Assembly: GCA_963920595.1 (NCBI GenBank)
Contig: OY986946.1
Coordinates: 6,200,001-6,264,000, forward strand
Source of the DNA: Eimeria praecox
Lineage: Eukaryota
Direction: 5' to 3'
DNA: 64,000 nucleotides
In this document: one piece after another, positions 1-13,400 of the stretch
Layout of the letters: every line of letters starts with the position of its first letter
Numbering within the stretch: the first letter of the stretch is position 1
Notes under the pieces: model-generated
Seen by the model: the letters and a program-made list of their open reading frames with translations, nothing else
Databases searched by the model: none
What the model was told of the DNA's origin: nothing
Translations under genes and position numbers: made by a program

Positions 1-1470
1 CTAGCTGAAGTAGTTGATGGGTTCATATCCGACGATCGTCTGCATTATGGATGAAAGCGCCCTCTAAGTTTTGTTGGAAATGGCCATTCCTTTATTTTTT
101 GCGTTCCCCTACCCTTACTGTCCCTCTGAGTCTTGCGTTCTTCTGAATTGAATAATGGCCAAGGACTGCACCAAGAAAACATCTTGTCGATTAGGCGTCA
201 GTTTCCTTAGGGGAAACGTTAGGCTGCATTACGATAACTTGCTCCGGTCAAGCCGCCGCATTCGACGCAGAGCTTGTAGGATGCAGGCGCTGGATGTAGA
301 ATACCTTGGGGCCCCGGTGGGTGGATCTGGCCGCTTGGCTTTTCAGGGTAATAAACACTCTCCTTATATGCAGCCACATTCGTAACACGCTTTTCACCGC
401 AGCCGTCAGTTGTTCTCCATCTTCTGCACTACGTAGGCACGCGCCTTCATTGTTCAGCGTGAGCTAAGCAGTGGAGAACTTAGCTCCTATCTCAACTTCC
501 TTGCACTTCGAGCAGGGAAGTGGCATCCTTAGCTCTGGACTTCGGGTTTCTATTTGGACATCAGGGCCATCATGTGAAGACACCGAAGCAAACAACCTTA
601 AAAGGGATGTAGAAATAAAGCTGCATAATTCATTATCGCTTTCGGCTGGTGCCCTTTGCACCAAAGCAGTGTTACAGCTGCTTGCGTAACCTAACCGCTG
701 TGAACTATTTTGAATTACGCCAAGTCAAAAATTGTGCTCGCTGAACTCCATTTGGTTTTGGAGCTTTCACACCACTGACGCTGGCACATAGCACGAAGCC
801 CTGCTGAACGAACAACCAAAGTCGAGAAATCTATTAACTTCCAATAAATCCTCAAATTCCACGATATCATAAGAACAAACACAGGTTCGTTAGCGCAGAC
901 TGACGTAGCACTCTCTGTTTTCGGCAAAACAGCTTCTCGCTAGCATTTTATCCTCGTAATTTTGCAGTACAAAGGTACGTGGGCAGGTCTGGTTCTACAC
1001 ATGTCTCACTAATTGGGAGGTTGGCACAGCTTTAGCAGTGCCCTAGGAGTTTCATCTTCCGTAGGGAGAAATGGGCAGCTCCATTCACTTCATAGCCCGA
1101 AAGGCCATCCAAAAGGGCATCCACCGAACTGCAGAACGATTCATGTCTATCTACAGGCGACCCAGCTGCAAAACGTGTTCATTATGACCACAAAAGCACT
1201 TAAAAAAGAGGCAAACGATGCCCTGATGGTCTATTCCTCTCCCAACCTAAGCAAGCTATACGCAATACTCAGCCTCCTAACGGCTTCACCTCTAAACTGG
1301 CAAGCCAAAGAAACCAAAAATTACTCATTTGCGACTGTGCGTATGCTGATCTGCATTAACACAGTTCGGATGATCAAGCACCTGAAAGCCGTGCTGACTG
1401 TCAGTGCTTTGTTTTCTAGGCCGCCTGACCGGTCACAGGAACACTGCGTGGAAAACGACAGGGCAGCCTA

Positions 1471-4400
1471 TCACTGAAGCAGCAACAGTCTTAATGAGTT
1501 GAGAATGTGCCCTTGCTGTCGAGCATTCGAATACAAAAGCTGCTGGTAGTAAACCCCCGATTCTCCCTCCTGACGAACTTGCAGCAACACAGCGTGACGG
1601 TGCCGAGAGCTCGCAGATCGAACCCTGCTGCTGCTACTGCCGCTAGTGGTGCTGCTATTTGACGTGCTACAGTGGCCAACAGCCAACAAGGAAGCGATCG
1701 GAGCACGGAAACAAAGCTCAGCATGGCTCCGCGAATAGTATTTGAAGAACAAAATGTTGTTTGCAGTGAGGACAGTAAGCCCTTGGAGACGACGGTCAAG
1801 GGCGAAAAAGAGAACGGGCAAATTTTCCCTGCACAAGCACGCTCCACAGAAGCCAGCCAAATAAAAACCACCCGGACCAAGAGCCGGCTCACGCCCACTC
1901 CCTCTCCCAGGGAAGCGTCCCGATATGGGCCCTGTTCGCTATTCAGCTGAGCCAGCAAGCAAAGCAAGCAACACGACGCCCCAAAAACCCTCTAGCCACC
2001 CGGAGCTGAACAGGACAAGCACAGCCATATCGTTTACAGAGGCAACGAAGATGAAGTATAGTATGATCCTCACCAATATTGCCCTTCCGCGTCTGTCAAA
2101 ATTGCTTTGGCCTCGGCTGCTTCAGCATCGTATGCAGCCAGCAAGCGGAAATCTCCCAGGAGAAGTCGGGGTAGACGGAACCTCGGACGCTGATGTCCTT
2201 CGACTTGAGAGGCATCCTAAGAAAAAGGAGGCGCAGTAATTAAGTTTGCATTTTTCTCAAGGGCAAACAACAATGCAGCTACAGAATCATGCGGGGTGCC
2301 AGGAACGAAGGAGAGGCTGCTGACGCTTGCCGCGAACGCCCAAATCTGAGCTAAAGAAGGGGTTACCTTTATAGCTTCGGCGGTTTTGTGGGCTAAATCG
2401 AGCACTCCTGTCAGTGGTTTGACAAGGAACCCCGCAATGCCTCTACCAGCCCCGCGCAAGAGCCCTTCAAATCCACCTTCTGCAGCTCCCCTAACTGGTT
2501 CTTCTACAAGGCCTGCACAGGCAGTCAAAAGCACGGATACACACTGCTGTGCAAAGGCCGGGAGGGAAGAGGTTTGGGGATTGCCTCATTATATGTGGAG
2601 AATAAAAACGTGATGCAAGAGAGCCGTCCACTCGCGCTGCTGCGTACCTGTGATACCACCAGCCAGAGCCCTCCCAAAGGCCTCGACACCCTGCTGGAGA
2701 CCCTCTTCCACGTTGCGTGCCTTGTGCCGGCCCTGTTGCTTCCTGGCATGCACATATACTTCGTCACAAGCTAGCGCTCCAAGCGAGTCCGAGGCGACTC
2801 CTGCCATTCGGCTGATACCCCCGAAAAAGCCATACCCTGTAGAGAAAAATATTTGTGTGGGTCAAGCACAACGGAGGGCCTGTCCAAGCAGGGTGAGCAC
2901 TGGTTATATACTTCTTGATCCATTGCCCAGGCTACAGTTATGTGCTTGGCCTTGTATGGCTAGCCTTTGACCCAAGCGCACTCGACTAGAACGGTAAGGG
3001 CTAGATCCACAGCTAGACTGCGGAGCTCTGTCTTGGTGAGCTGCAAAACTCCTAGGGCTAAGGGACGGAGCGAACGCCATCCCTTAATACCCCTGACAAG
3101 TATTTGCGTGAACACCTCACCAGTGTGCTTAAGGAAGTCCTCTGCCCCCCTCATAATCCCTTCGAAAACGTCTCCCCCGGTCTCAGCAGCCTCCATTGGC
3201 TGCTTGGCGAGTGCGTACACACCTGCCTGGAGGTGAGCAAATGACAAAGCAGGATTGCCTGCACCAGCGAAAGCAAAACACAAAAGGCGAAGCTTCAATA
3301 TATGCGCCAACACGCTTGCACTGTCAGATGAAGAAAGCTTAATTACGTGTGCATGCAGGCTGTAAGCAGCCAAGCATACAGGCTACCAAGCAAACGGCCC
3401 AACAGTTGCTCGAATCTTCTTTAAAAGACGCAATGATCACTAGATAAGACGGATTCCAAGGAGTGTAGCTTCAACTGGTGCTACGTGCTGAAGCCAACAG
3501 CCTACTTTCCAGGGCTTCCTACAACTGTCATGAATGCAGTTAAGGAGCGGTGGACAAGCACTGATCTTTCCACGTGATGCTTGCTGGCTCACCTAGAAGA
3601 TCGACCGAAACCAGCAACTTGGAGAGATGTGACAGAAGCTGCTGCTGATAAAAGTGACCCGCTACCCTCGCCACATCTCTTAGTGCAAGAGCTGGATGCC
3701 TGTGGTGCCTCGTCAATTTCGTAAGGCGAGAGAAGTCCTGGTGCACAGGCGACCGCTGCTGCTGGTGCAGCTCCTTGACCTGTTCCATTAGTCTTCGGCT
3801 GGTCACATGCAGCCCATTCACTTCAAGCCGGGCATCTTCGAGAGAGGAGAGAGTCACTACTGAGCGGCGCAATGCGCTACTATTGCCCCCCGTATCCGCC
3901 TTGAACGAGAGCACTACACACGTGCTTGCTATCGTGAGCACCCGAAAAATGTAGCGCTGCTCCTTCCGCTGGCTGGCAGTGTGCTGACATCCTTGGAGAG
4001 TAGCCATCTTTGGATGTTTGAATAACCATGGACGGACAGCCAGTGGAGAGGGAGCTAGAGCCAAGCCCGTCCCTGCCATCTGGGACACGAAGAGAGATAT
4101 GGGGGACTGGCAAGTCTTGCTGCCTTTGTGCGCCCATGCTAAGCCGCTTTTCACATCATAGTGGCACTCTAGGTCATCGCCTTCTGTTTCTTCGCCTCCT
4201 CTGAGCACAACCGGCAGATCTGTACTTTGCGTAGAAGTTCCTTTAGTCTTGTGGTGACGTGACGCAGGACTGCTAGAAGTCTTTTCGGGGTTATGCAGAC
4301 TCATAGTTCTGGTGGCGGCAGCCCAGGCAGACCGCCAGCAACTCCAAGCCTCAGAAGCCATGTATACGCTCTTCAAATCAGTCCGAACACTCACGGGCTG

Positions 4401-7400
4401 CAGAATACAACAGATATGTACACTGCAACAGGATACAAAACTGCAGGGACAGCCCTTGTTGCGGTCGGCACCGGTCGTTCAGTGCCATACATTTCGGAAT
4501 AAGAGCGTGTAAATGCATTTGAAGAGCTAAACACCAAAACCAATACACGGCATGTACCCCGTAAGGGTGGCAGGCGACATATGAGGCCACGGAGTTGCCG
4601 TATGATGCCTAACCTTGAGAGACAGGCAGCACTTGTCAACCACAACAACCCTGCCGTCACGGCTGCCATAAAAAGGTAGCCTCTGTTGCAGCAAAAACTC
4701 AACAAGGGCGCCCGCATCATCCTTTAATTTAGTACCCGTTGCATGCAGAGACCCTCCGCTCCTGGTGCTCTCTCCTTCTTTGGCCTTGTCTGTGGAACTT
4801 GCTATTCGAGAGCCTTGCATGACGTTGCTGTCAGTTGCTGAACCGGCCTGCAAAGAAAACAGGAGCAATTAACTCTGAAATAGGCCAAGGCAAGACGTAC
4901 AGGCAAAGCAAGACGCATAGCAGGGCTGAAATCGGAAGTGACACGTTGAAAAGGCCAACCTCGCTGGGCGTGGGAGGGGCTCTTTGAAGAAGCACCGGGT
5001 AGTACGCCTGGGAGTGCATGGAGTCTATCTGAGCCAAAAAAGCAGGGAAACATGCAAATACGCAGCATATTACAAGACCTCCCTCTCACGTGAAACTTAT
5101 TTGCAGAGGCAGGAAGCACTGACAGAAACCTTAAAGCCTTCCAGCTGAAGCCAGTTTCCAGAAAACAGTGCTCGCGGCGATCGCATTAAGCCCCAACTAC
5201 GTGCCCGGCTGCTTTAGTCGGACAAGACTTCAAGGCAAGCTTACCTGCAACTCCTGTACTCTGCATGCTGCAGCACTGTGGAATGGACTGCAGAAGTATG
5301 TCGCAGAGAGACCTTCAAATGTAGCGAGAAACAGCTCCTCCGGACGGCGGAAGGTCTACAGGCATAACTCACGAGACAGGGAAGGGGAGCTTCATAGTCC
5401 AGCGCCCTACAAGAAAGAGCACCTTCTATCCGTGTACTTAAAATATCCCTCACTGCATCCCTTACGCGGAAACTGGGATGCTAAAACTGAACGTTCACTG
5501 CACTTATACTGTTCTGCTCATAGTTCCCTGTTTGGCTATACGGTGCACAATGATACACAGTAGCTTTCTTAAGTCTATCTCGCCATACAATGAATCGCGC
5601 TCATACCTGACGAGAGAGTGGATCCGTAACTGCCCCCTGCGATAGTACAGAGAACTGCAAACGCGGCAACTGAATGCGAAACTCGAAAGTCGGGGGATCC
5701 GGAGTTGGCTGCACGGGAAGCACCATATTACCGGCATCACAGCCTCCTATGCTGGCCTTGGCAGGATCAGTAGCTTGTGCAGCAGCTGATGCTGCCCCCG
5801 GATCGGATGCGTATGATCCCGCAACACTTTGAGTAAATTTGCACATTGATGCAAAAGACCAAGGGGGAACACGACCATCGCTGCCACTGCTGGTTTGGCT
5901 TCCACGAGAACAGCCTGCCGTCAGGTCCTTGTTCACAATGGGCAGCTGGAAGTAACGGGGTAACATAAGTAATGAAGGGACGTCCACTTCGTTCGGCGAC
6001 GCGGTTACTTGGTCGGTATCCGCGTAACCCCAAGGCGACAAGGGACTGCCTACAGGTGTATCTGTAGCGTTTGACCCGACGGAGATATGAGAACTCTTAC
6101 TATTCAGATGATTCATAGTATCCTGCCTTCTTCCCTCGACTGCACTGTGATCAGGTGAATCTGTGATTCCCAAAATTTCTCCAGCGGGAGCAATCTGCAG
6201 AAGCAATCTTCCAGCACGGCGAACGACTCTGAATAGTAGCCAACAGAAAGAGGGTAACGGTGGAAGCGGCACAACACCGCGCACATCCGGACGGAGAGGA
6301 ATGCAAGCAACAAATGGCACATCGACCGCAGGAGGCTCCGTTACAGGTGAATCCACTCTGCCACTGCTGCTGGCACCGGGATCCTTCTGAGAGGCTGGAT
6401 TTTCCTCCTCACTGTGCCGCTGCAGCCACGGGAAATAAGCAAGCTCGATACAGGGCAAGCAGCGGTAGTCATCCCAAGCAAATAGTACAGTCTCGCCTGG
6501 AAGGACGAGCTGTGGCAGAAGCGAATGGCTCGAGGGTGCTCCGTCACCTTCGCCACTCACAGTCCGTTCCATCTCCTCTTCTTGTAATGCACACAATTCC
6601 TGCGATGCTGAAGACTCGAAACTGCACCAGCAGCAGTGCTCGCCAGCACTGGAGGTGCTGGCGTTGCTAATGAGCTCCTGTGGCTGTAACTGCTCCGTTG
6701 CGTTTCGACCAGCAACGGCGCTGGCCACGCGAGCTAGCCGGTCCAATAGTACATGTATGCACTCCTCATGCGGAGCCGCGGAAATGTAAACCGCCTCTGA
6801 TGAATGAAAGGGGAAAGAACCAGTGCGCCTCCTGGTTTTCTGCTGTTGTTCTGCGCTTTGCTGAGCCTCCAACAGCATGTTCAGAAGTTTCGTCGACCTT
6901 TTGCTCCCTCCCACATTGTTAGGATCATGGTGGGCAAAGGCGTCCCCGGCATCAAGGCTTAGTTGGTGCTGTTGCAATCCTCCACCCTGCGTCGCTGCCC
7001 CCCACAGCTCTGTCACAATTGTGGCAACAGAGTCCACGCCAAAGGCCGCAGCTTCTGTCAAACCAAGTTTCTGAACCAATGCAGCCTCCTGAGGTCTCTG
7101 TGGCTCTGTTCCCTTGCCGTCTTTAGTGTCACTGTGGCGACATTGGCGAAGCACCAAAAGAAACGGCGTGTCGTTACAAATCGAAACAGTGTCCCTCATG
7201 TCAAATGTCTCCACTTGGACTGTCAAGTTGACAGTGTTGGCTGGACCCTCTTCTGTCTCTAAACGCAAGGCCGAGCACCCAGAAGCCGAGAAAGCTCGCT
7301 TGGTAAGCCGCTCTGGCAGGCACCGCCGTGTAGCTGGTTGGCGTCCACTGATCTGAACACAAACTCCTCGACGCAAAAGGGCCCCTAGAAGCTCCTGGGG

Positions 7401-10400
7401 TTCTACCGTTGACATCGGAAATGCCTCTTCATGTCGGAAGTGCTCCGGCTGACATTCCGCGTCCTCCACTCCGCATTGCAGCGAGGAGCCAGAGTAAACG
7501 GGGTCTTTCTTGTGGGTCCCGCATGCCTCCAATATTGTCTGTGGCAGCTTGGAAGGCGCAAATGGTAGACGAAGACACCAATCATCTCCAGGTAAGCACA
7601 ATGGGGAGTAGCCTGACCACGCACTCCACACTGTTTCGGGAAGCCCTCTGTCAAGAGCCATCCACACCCGGCGTTTGCATCCCCCTTGGAGCCAGCACAA
7701 AGTCGGCATCAGTCTGTAAAAGCGGCAAGCATTTGCAGGCGAAAACACACCACGTAACCCACCAGCTTACATAGTGTAAATCCCTGGCAGCTCCAAACTG
7801 TTAAATTGCATGCACTACTAGGCAAATGCTGATGCAACACAGGTTGACGCTTCGACGACTCACCTCTGTAGCTGTAGAGATCGGCTGCCCTCTTTAAACT
7901 GCCAAACCAAAGCAACGGTGCGCTGTGGCTCTATCTGCCGCGTAAAGTCAACGCTTCCATCATTGGCACTCTTTGTGTCACTGCAGTGGTAGTCTAACCG
8001 AGCTTGCCGCACTCTGATAGGAAAGGGGCAATAATTCGTTACAGTGTACATAGGGGATAACGTCAGCAGGAGGACAGGACGCAAAAGAGGCAAAGGAGCT
8101 TCAGACATTGAAGCAACAATGTCTAAGCACGGGCCTCCCATCGTACTCCCAAGCGAAGGCCTTTCTTCGCACAGGCTGGCAGGGATGGCGCTTGTACACC
8201 CCGATCTGCTATAGTCGCGGGCAGCTGATGTGTCCCTGGAGCCTGCAGTTTGGGTTTTGGAGCATGAGCCTGTCACAGTCAACGTACTGGGGAAATCTCC
8301 CCACAAGTCCAAAAATTGCGAGCAGCCAATCCCATCCGCTTCTACGCGAAGAGAAGATGCCTGCATGGCACACAAATATGAACCAAGAACAGAAATGATA
8401 AAATAACTCGACAAGCCCCGCCAAAAGGCCTGCCTGGGTAGATACACGACAAGCAAAATATGTAAGAACGTCTAGCTATGGCTAAGCGCGATTTTATAGC
8501 CGCCTGGTCGCCCTTAAAGCCGAAGTCCTATCGGCTGCATGACCTAAACTTGCGGCTCCTGAGCTAGCACCAACAGCCCCACGATGCACGCGAGGCATTG
8601 TGGCTTACGGTAAAGTCAAGTAGTCGAATGTCTCCGCTACAGTCCTTCGTAAAGCCTCTACCGTATGCAAAGTTCGGAAGCTGAGAGGGCTTTGTTCTCT
8701 CTGCATCTCCGTTGAGGTCGACTGCCGCAGCAGCTGCTGAAACTGCCTGCATTGCCCATCCTAGCTCTTCCGGGTTGCCGCGACGGATGACGCTGTATTC
8801 AACAGCAGACAATCTCTTCTTCTGCCCTTCTGCACGGCTATCCTGCCGGTCATGCTGTGGTTGCTTCAACCACTGCCTCTGTAATGCCCACTGGATATGC
8901 GACACCAGCCATACAGGCGAATGCAGCAGCAAACAGGGGGAGCCTCCGTCGGAGTCACAGAAGATCACCCATACCTTGGCGGATCGATACTTGTTGTCAA
9001 AGCACTCAACCTGGAGCAGCGATACAAAGACGCAGGCCTTAAGACTAAGCACATTTGCAATATTCTAATGTGACAGCAAGTAGGATTTATGGACAAGATA
9101 ACTCACCTCCACGATGGTTTCAGGTATCACCGTATCCCCTGCTGGTTCTCCTTTACCAGCCTCACCGGCGCCTCCCGTGATGCAGTCTGCTGGCGCCTCG
9201 CCTCCCCCTGTGGTTGTTGATAAAACAGCTGAGGATCTTGTAATGGTTGCTTTCGGAGCTGGTGGTGGAGGACGCTTCCTCTGTAGGGGTCGGGGGTGGA
9301 CTTGAGTTCGTTTCGACCATCGGCCTTCTGCTAGCGAGATAGAAAGAAAAGCCACCCCTGAGGGTCACCGTACGTCAACAAGGCACAATTTAGAACGCCA
9401 TAACTGCATAAGGCAGATACACTTTCTTTTGGCAAACACAAAATTACACAAGCATCGGTGCCAAAAACAGCGACTATCGAGGAGACGTTGGGTACCTGCC
9501 CATGCTCAAGCCTCCCCGGTAACTCCCCTGGCCTCCACAGTCACTGACTGGTAAGAATTAATCCCTAGAAAACTCGTCCCTACTGAGCACCGGGTGCACT
9601 GCGATTGTACAACTGTACCTGCCAAAGAAAAAGAATGCACTTGCTGCCACTCGTTCAGCTGAAGCATGCCCTCCGAATCTCCCGGTGGGTCTTCTCCTGC
9701 CCTTAGAGCCAGTGGACAGCTTATACGGTATCTACAAAGATCGCAGCCACATTAGTACAAGGAATCTGATGCTCCTTCCAACTGTGACGTATCAATACTG
9801 GCGCGGAGTGGGCGTATTATTCACCTAAGAGTAGAGAGTTCACCAAGGGGAATTTGGGGAAGGGATTTATTTGTGGTTTCGCACCTGACTGGGAATGGGA
9901 TGTTGCTTGAAAGCCGTAAAGGAGCTTCAAGTGACACTTTGAGCTGCACACATGAAAAGGATGAGTTGACCAGCCGCTCAAGTCTATACAGAACCACGAT
10001 GTGGTAGTCTGGCTCCCGCAGCTCCTTGCTATCTTCCCGTGTGTGCTCCTCCGAGACATCCTCGCGGTCTACTACGGGACTCCTTGCGTAGGAGCTCTTG
10101 CTCATACTATTTCCCATCAGTGGGCAGCAGCGCAGCAGGTCTGTCTTGGGCAAGTTTCGTTTGGGTGCACTTAGCCCTGCCCCGCCAGCTGCGCCATTTG
10201 CAGGGGGCTTCTGTTGTTCGGTCCTGTCGATGGCCTGCCACAACATGCCGAGACTCAAATCCCTGGACCAGCTGTATGTCTTGCCAGTCTGCACAGGCCG
10301 AATTCGTAGCCTTCCTGCGAAGCAAACTGCGCAAAAACGGCAAAGGCACACGAACGAGCTGTAAAAGGGCATTAACAACATGGAGGTAGTGTTCCTCTCA

Positions 10401-13400
10401 CCAGCGGATTCCGCTGTGCAACTATCACTACGAGGCAACGTAGGGAAAGCTTGCTGGGGATCCCGAATGAACTTACAATCTACGGGAACAGCCGAGGTTT
10501 CCCCTGGCTTTAAAAGAACCTCGGTTAACCCCTCCGCCTCTCTGCTGTCCCCGCGGGGGCGGTGGTTCTTCTCTTGCGAACCAGAGCTAACGGCTTCAAG
10601 GGAAGGAAGCAGCATAATCTGAAGTGGAACGCTGCACGTGCTGCGCAGCACTACCTGTGACTGCACCAGGAGCTGTTTCACTCCTGCATCGGCAATAAGC
10701 CGACAAACAACAAAAGGAACGTTCTGTGTGCCAAAGGAGGCTCTGGTCGATCCACAAGCTATAGTCGCCCTCACATCGGCTAGAGGCTGGATGTACACTC
10801 CAACTCGATCGAGTGGTACTGGCATGTTCAGCCTCCACTGCCTGCACGAAGCATCTAGATGAGCGTCACGCTCATCGATACTCTGCTCGTCAGTCAGCAG
10901 AGGCGTCTTATGGAGGGTATTCTCCAGCTGAGGCTGCTCCGCAGCGGTCGCTCGAATGGGCTGCCTGGCGAGCTGCAATGCAACATGAGCAGTTGAAGCT
11001 GTGCCAATAGGAACTCTCATCTGTGGCAGCGCCCTTTTCTCCGAAGGCTGAAGCCAGTCCCAGCTTGATGAATCCCCCCAAGCCCCAAAGTGAACTGACT
11101 TTTCCTCTCGGGAAAAGGATGGAGAAGAGGGAAAGGCAAGGGTCCCTTCGACGCTTGCACTTGTTGCGGCACTTGTGAGTCTAGGAGATTCACAAGGCTT
11201 GTTCTGTAAAGTCGGCCCAAAGGCCCAATGAATGGGGACACCTGCTAAAGCGCGCCCAGCTTCTGCTTCACTGGTGCTGCTATTGCTATCACTGCTGCTG
11301 CCGTCTTGTTCTAACGCGCCTGCATTTCTGTTATGAAGCCTGCACAACCTTAGAGTAGAAGGGAGTGCTGCCGCGGCATGCGGTCCTTTGCTTCCAGACG
11401 GGCTCTCAGAGTCAGGCGCTCTCACCGCTGGCGGTGCGGGTAGAAGCTGGAGTCCGAGGTGCAGCCCTGTTTGATTTACAACATGGTAAGGGAAGAACAG
11501 CTTGCACCGCTTCAGGCCTGCAGTTTTCCCAAAAGGCCTTTGCTCCAGCTGGAGTGGCTGGATGCCCAAAGATCTGTCAGTATTAACTTCGGGCAGTGAT
11601 CCACATAGGCTGTGACGCCTTTCTCTGTATGCGTCTTCCGGAACGGGAGGGCGGCAAATAGGTGAGGCATCGACAGAACGAGATGGACGCCTCCGAAGGA
11701 ACATAGTATTGGCAAAAATATTTTGTTTCCTCCCGTACGGCACCTCTGTTGCCCCTTCGTGTTGTTCTTGTTGCCCCACCGTGCTCTGACCCTTTACATA
11801 ATTTGGTGCTTCTGGTTGTTGTTCTTGGTGCTGAAGGAGCGTCTGCTGATGTTGAGGTGAAAGGACCTGATGGCACGCCTGTGACAGCTGGCTTCTTTTC
11901 TCACAGAGGCTGGGACTGCCACGTGCATTTTGTGGCCGTTGTTGCCGCTGCTGTTGCATGTGGTGAGTAAAGTCGCAGTGCCACTGGCAAAGGCTCCCTA
12001 GCACGGACTGTAATAGCAGAGGGGATAAGTTTGCTTCGATGCTGCCTCCCTCCGTAGATGACACCCAAATGCCCACGTACCGCTTTGAAGAGGACAAGGC
12101 ATCCATGGTAGATGCCCCTTCAACACTTGTATGAACATCCGCCCCTCCCTTGATTTCTGAATGCAGAACGGGTCCTCCGCCTCCCTTTAGAGGCGTGTTG
12201 CTCATGCTAGCTTCTCCTGAGGCGTGCCCACGCAACGGCAGCTCCTCCTTCAGCTTTTCTAGGGAAAGTACCGTAGTCAGCTTTCTGTTACTGGAACCAG
12301 GTTGTTGTTGGTTTTCGACGCCACAATCCTGGCGAACAGCTGCGCTTTCGAGAAAACGGAAGGGGACTGAGGCCACGGAGTTCGCTGAATCTTTCCCATT
12401 GCTGCTCGTACTGCTGCCGTTGAGGTTACTGCTGCTACTCATCTGCTGACAGAGTGTGGGAGCTGGGCTTGACGAAGCCCTCTCCAAAAATGTCCCCACG
12501 GCACTCCCACGGGTGCACGAATGCGATGAGGATGGCCCCGAAATCTTCTGCTGCAGCCGCCTGCTTCTGAAGGCACGCTGCGCTACACTCAATGCCAGAT
12601 AATCGTTGTCGCAGCATGAGCTGTACGCGAACCTCATTAATGAGTATGGTGCCTCCCGCACTATCAGAGAAAGAGGAAGAGATTCCACTACGGGTTCAAA
12701 TGCAACTGCAATAGGATTGAAAGCCCACAAGCGTAATGATGCATTTAGCAGGCTTACAGAGGAGACTTGGGGCTTCTGCGGCTGCTCCTTCAGGCACAAG
12801 CGTGGAGCATCCGTGGCATGAGGAGGCAAGAGAGAACTGGCCTGAGAGAGCCGGCAGTTCTGCACCAGCAACTGCAGAAGGGGAGCTTGAAAACAGTCCA
12901 AGTGACAGTTAAGAAGCGTCACTCGCAGTAGCGGCAAATGTGCAGACATGTGGCGCTGGCGGGGGTACGCTGCAGTGAATTGGTGCTTCCGTTCTGCAGC
13001 GGAAGCAGCTGCTGCACTTGGACACCGCGACCTCCTAAGGATCCCTTGTTGCGTTTCTGGAGAAATGGCACTTGAAAACGACAACACAGCTGGTGGGCGT
13101 GAATCCGGCGTTTGGTCGTCGTTTTCCTTGAATTGCTTCCGAAGGAGTAACTGCTTCATAGAGAGCTGCCGCTCCAAAATTGCACTGCGATGAAGAAGCC
13201 GCTGCACCACAGCCCTTTGCGTTTGCTGCCTCTGCTTCTGCTGTTCTAGTTGCATTATCTGTTCAGCAGCACAACGGTAGATTAGAAGGCAATCTAGGTA
13301 TGACAACTCCAATTCACATGGGGAGACTTGAAGAGCTGTGTACTCCTGCGGATGGTGGCAGCAGCAGTCGCATACGAGCCCGAATACTCCTTCACCGGCT

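Noticed and set aside
1..1470. Short ORFs at the left edge
   Set aside because: No recognisable motifs or consistent exon chain; likely 3' UTR or intergenic.
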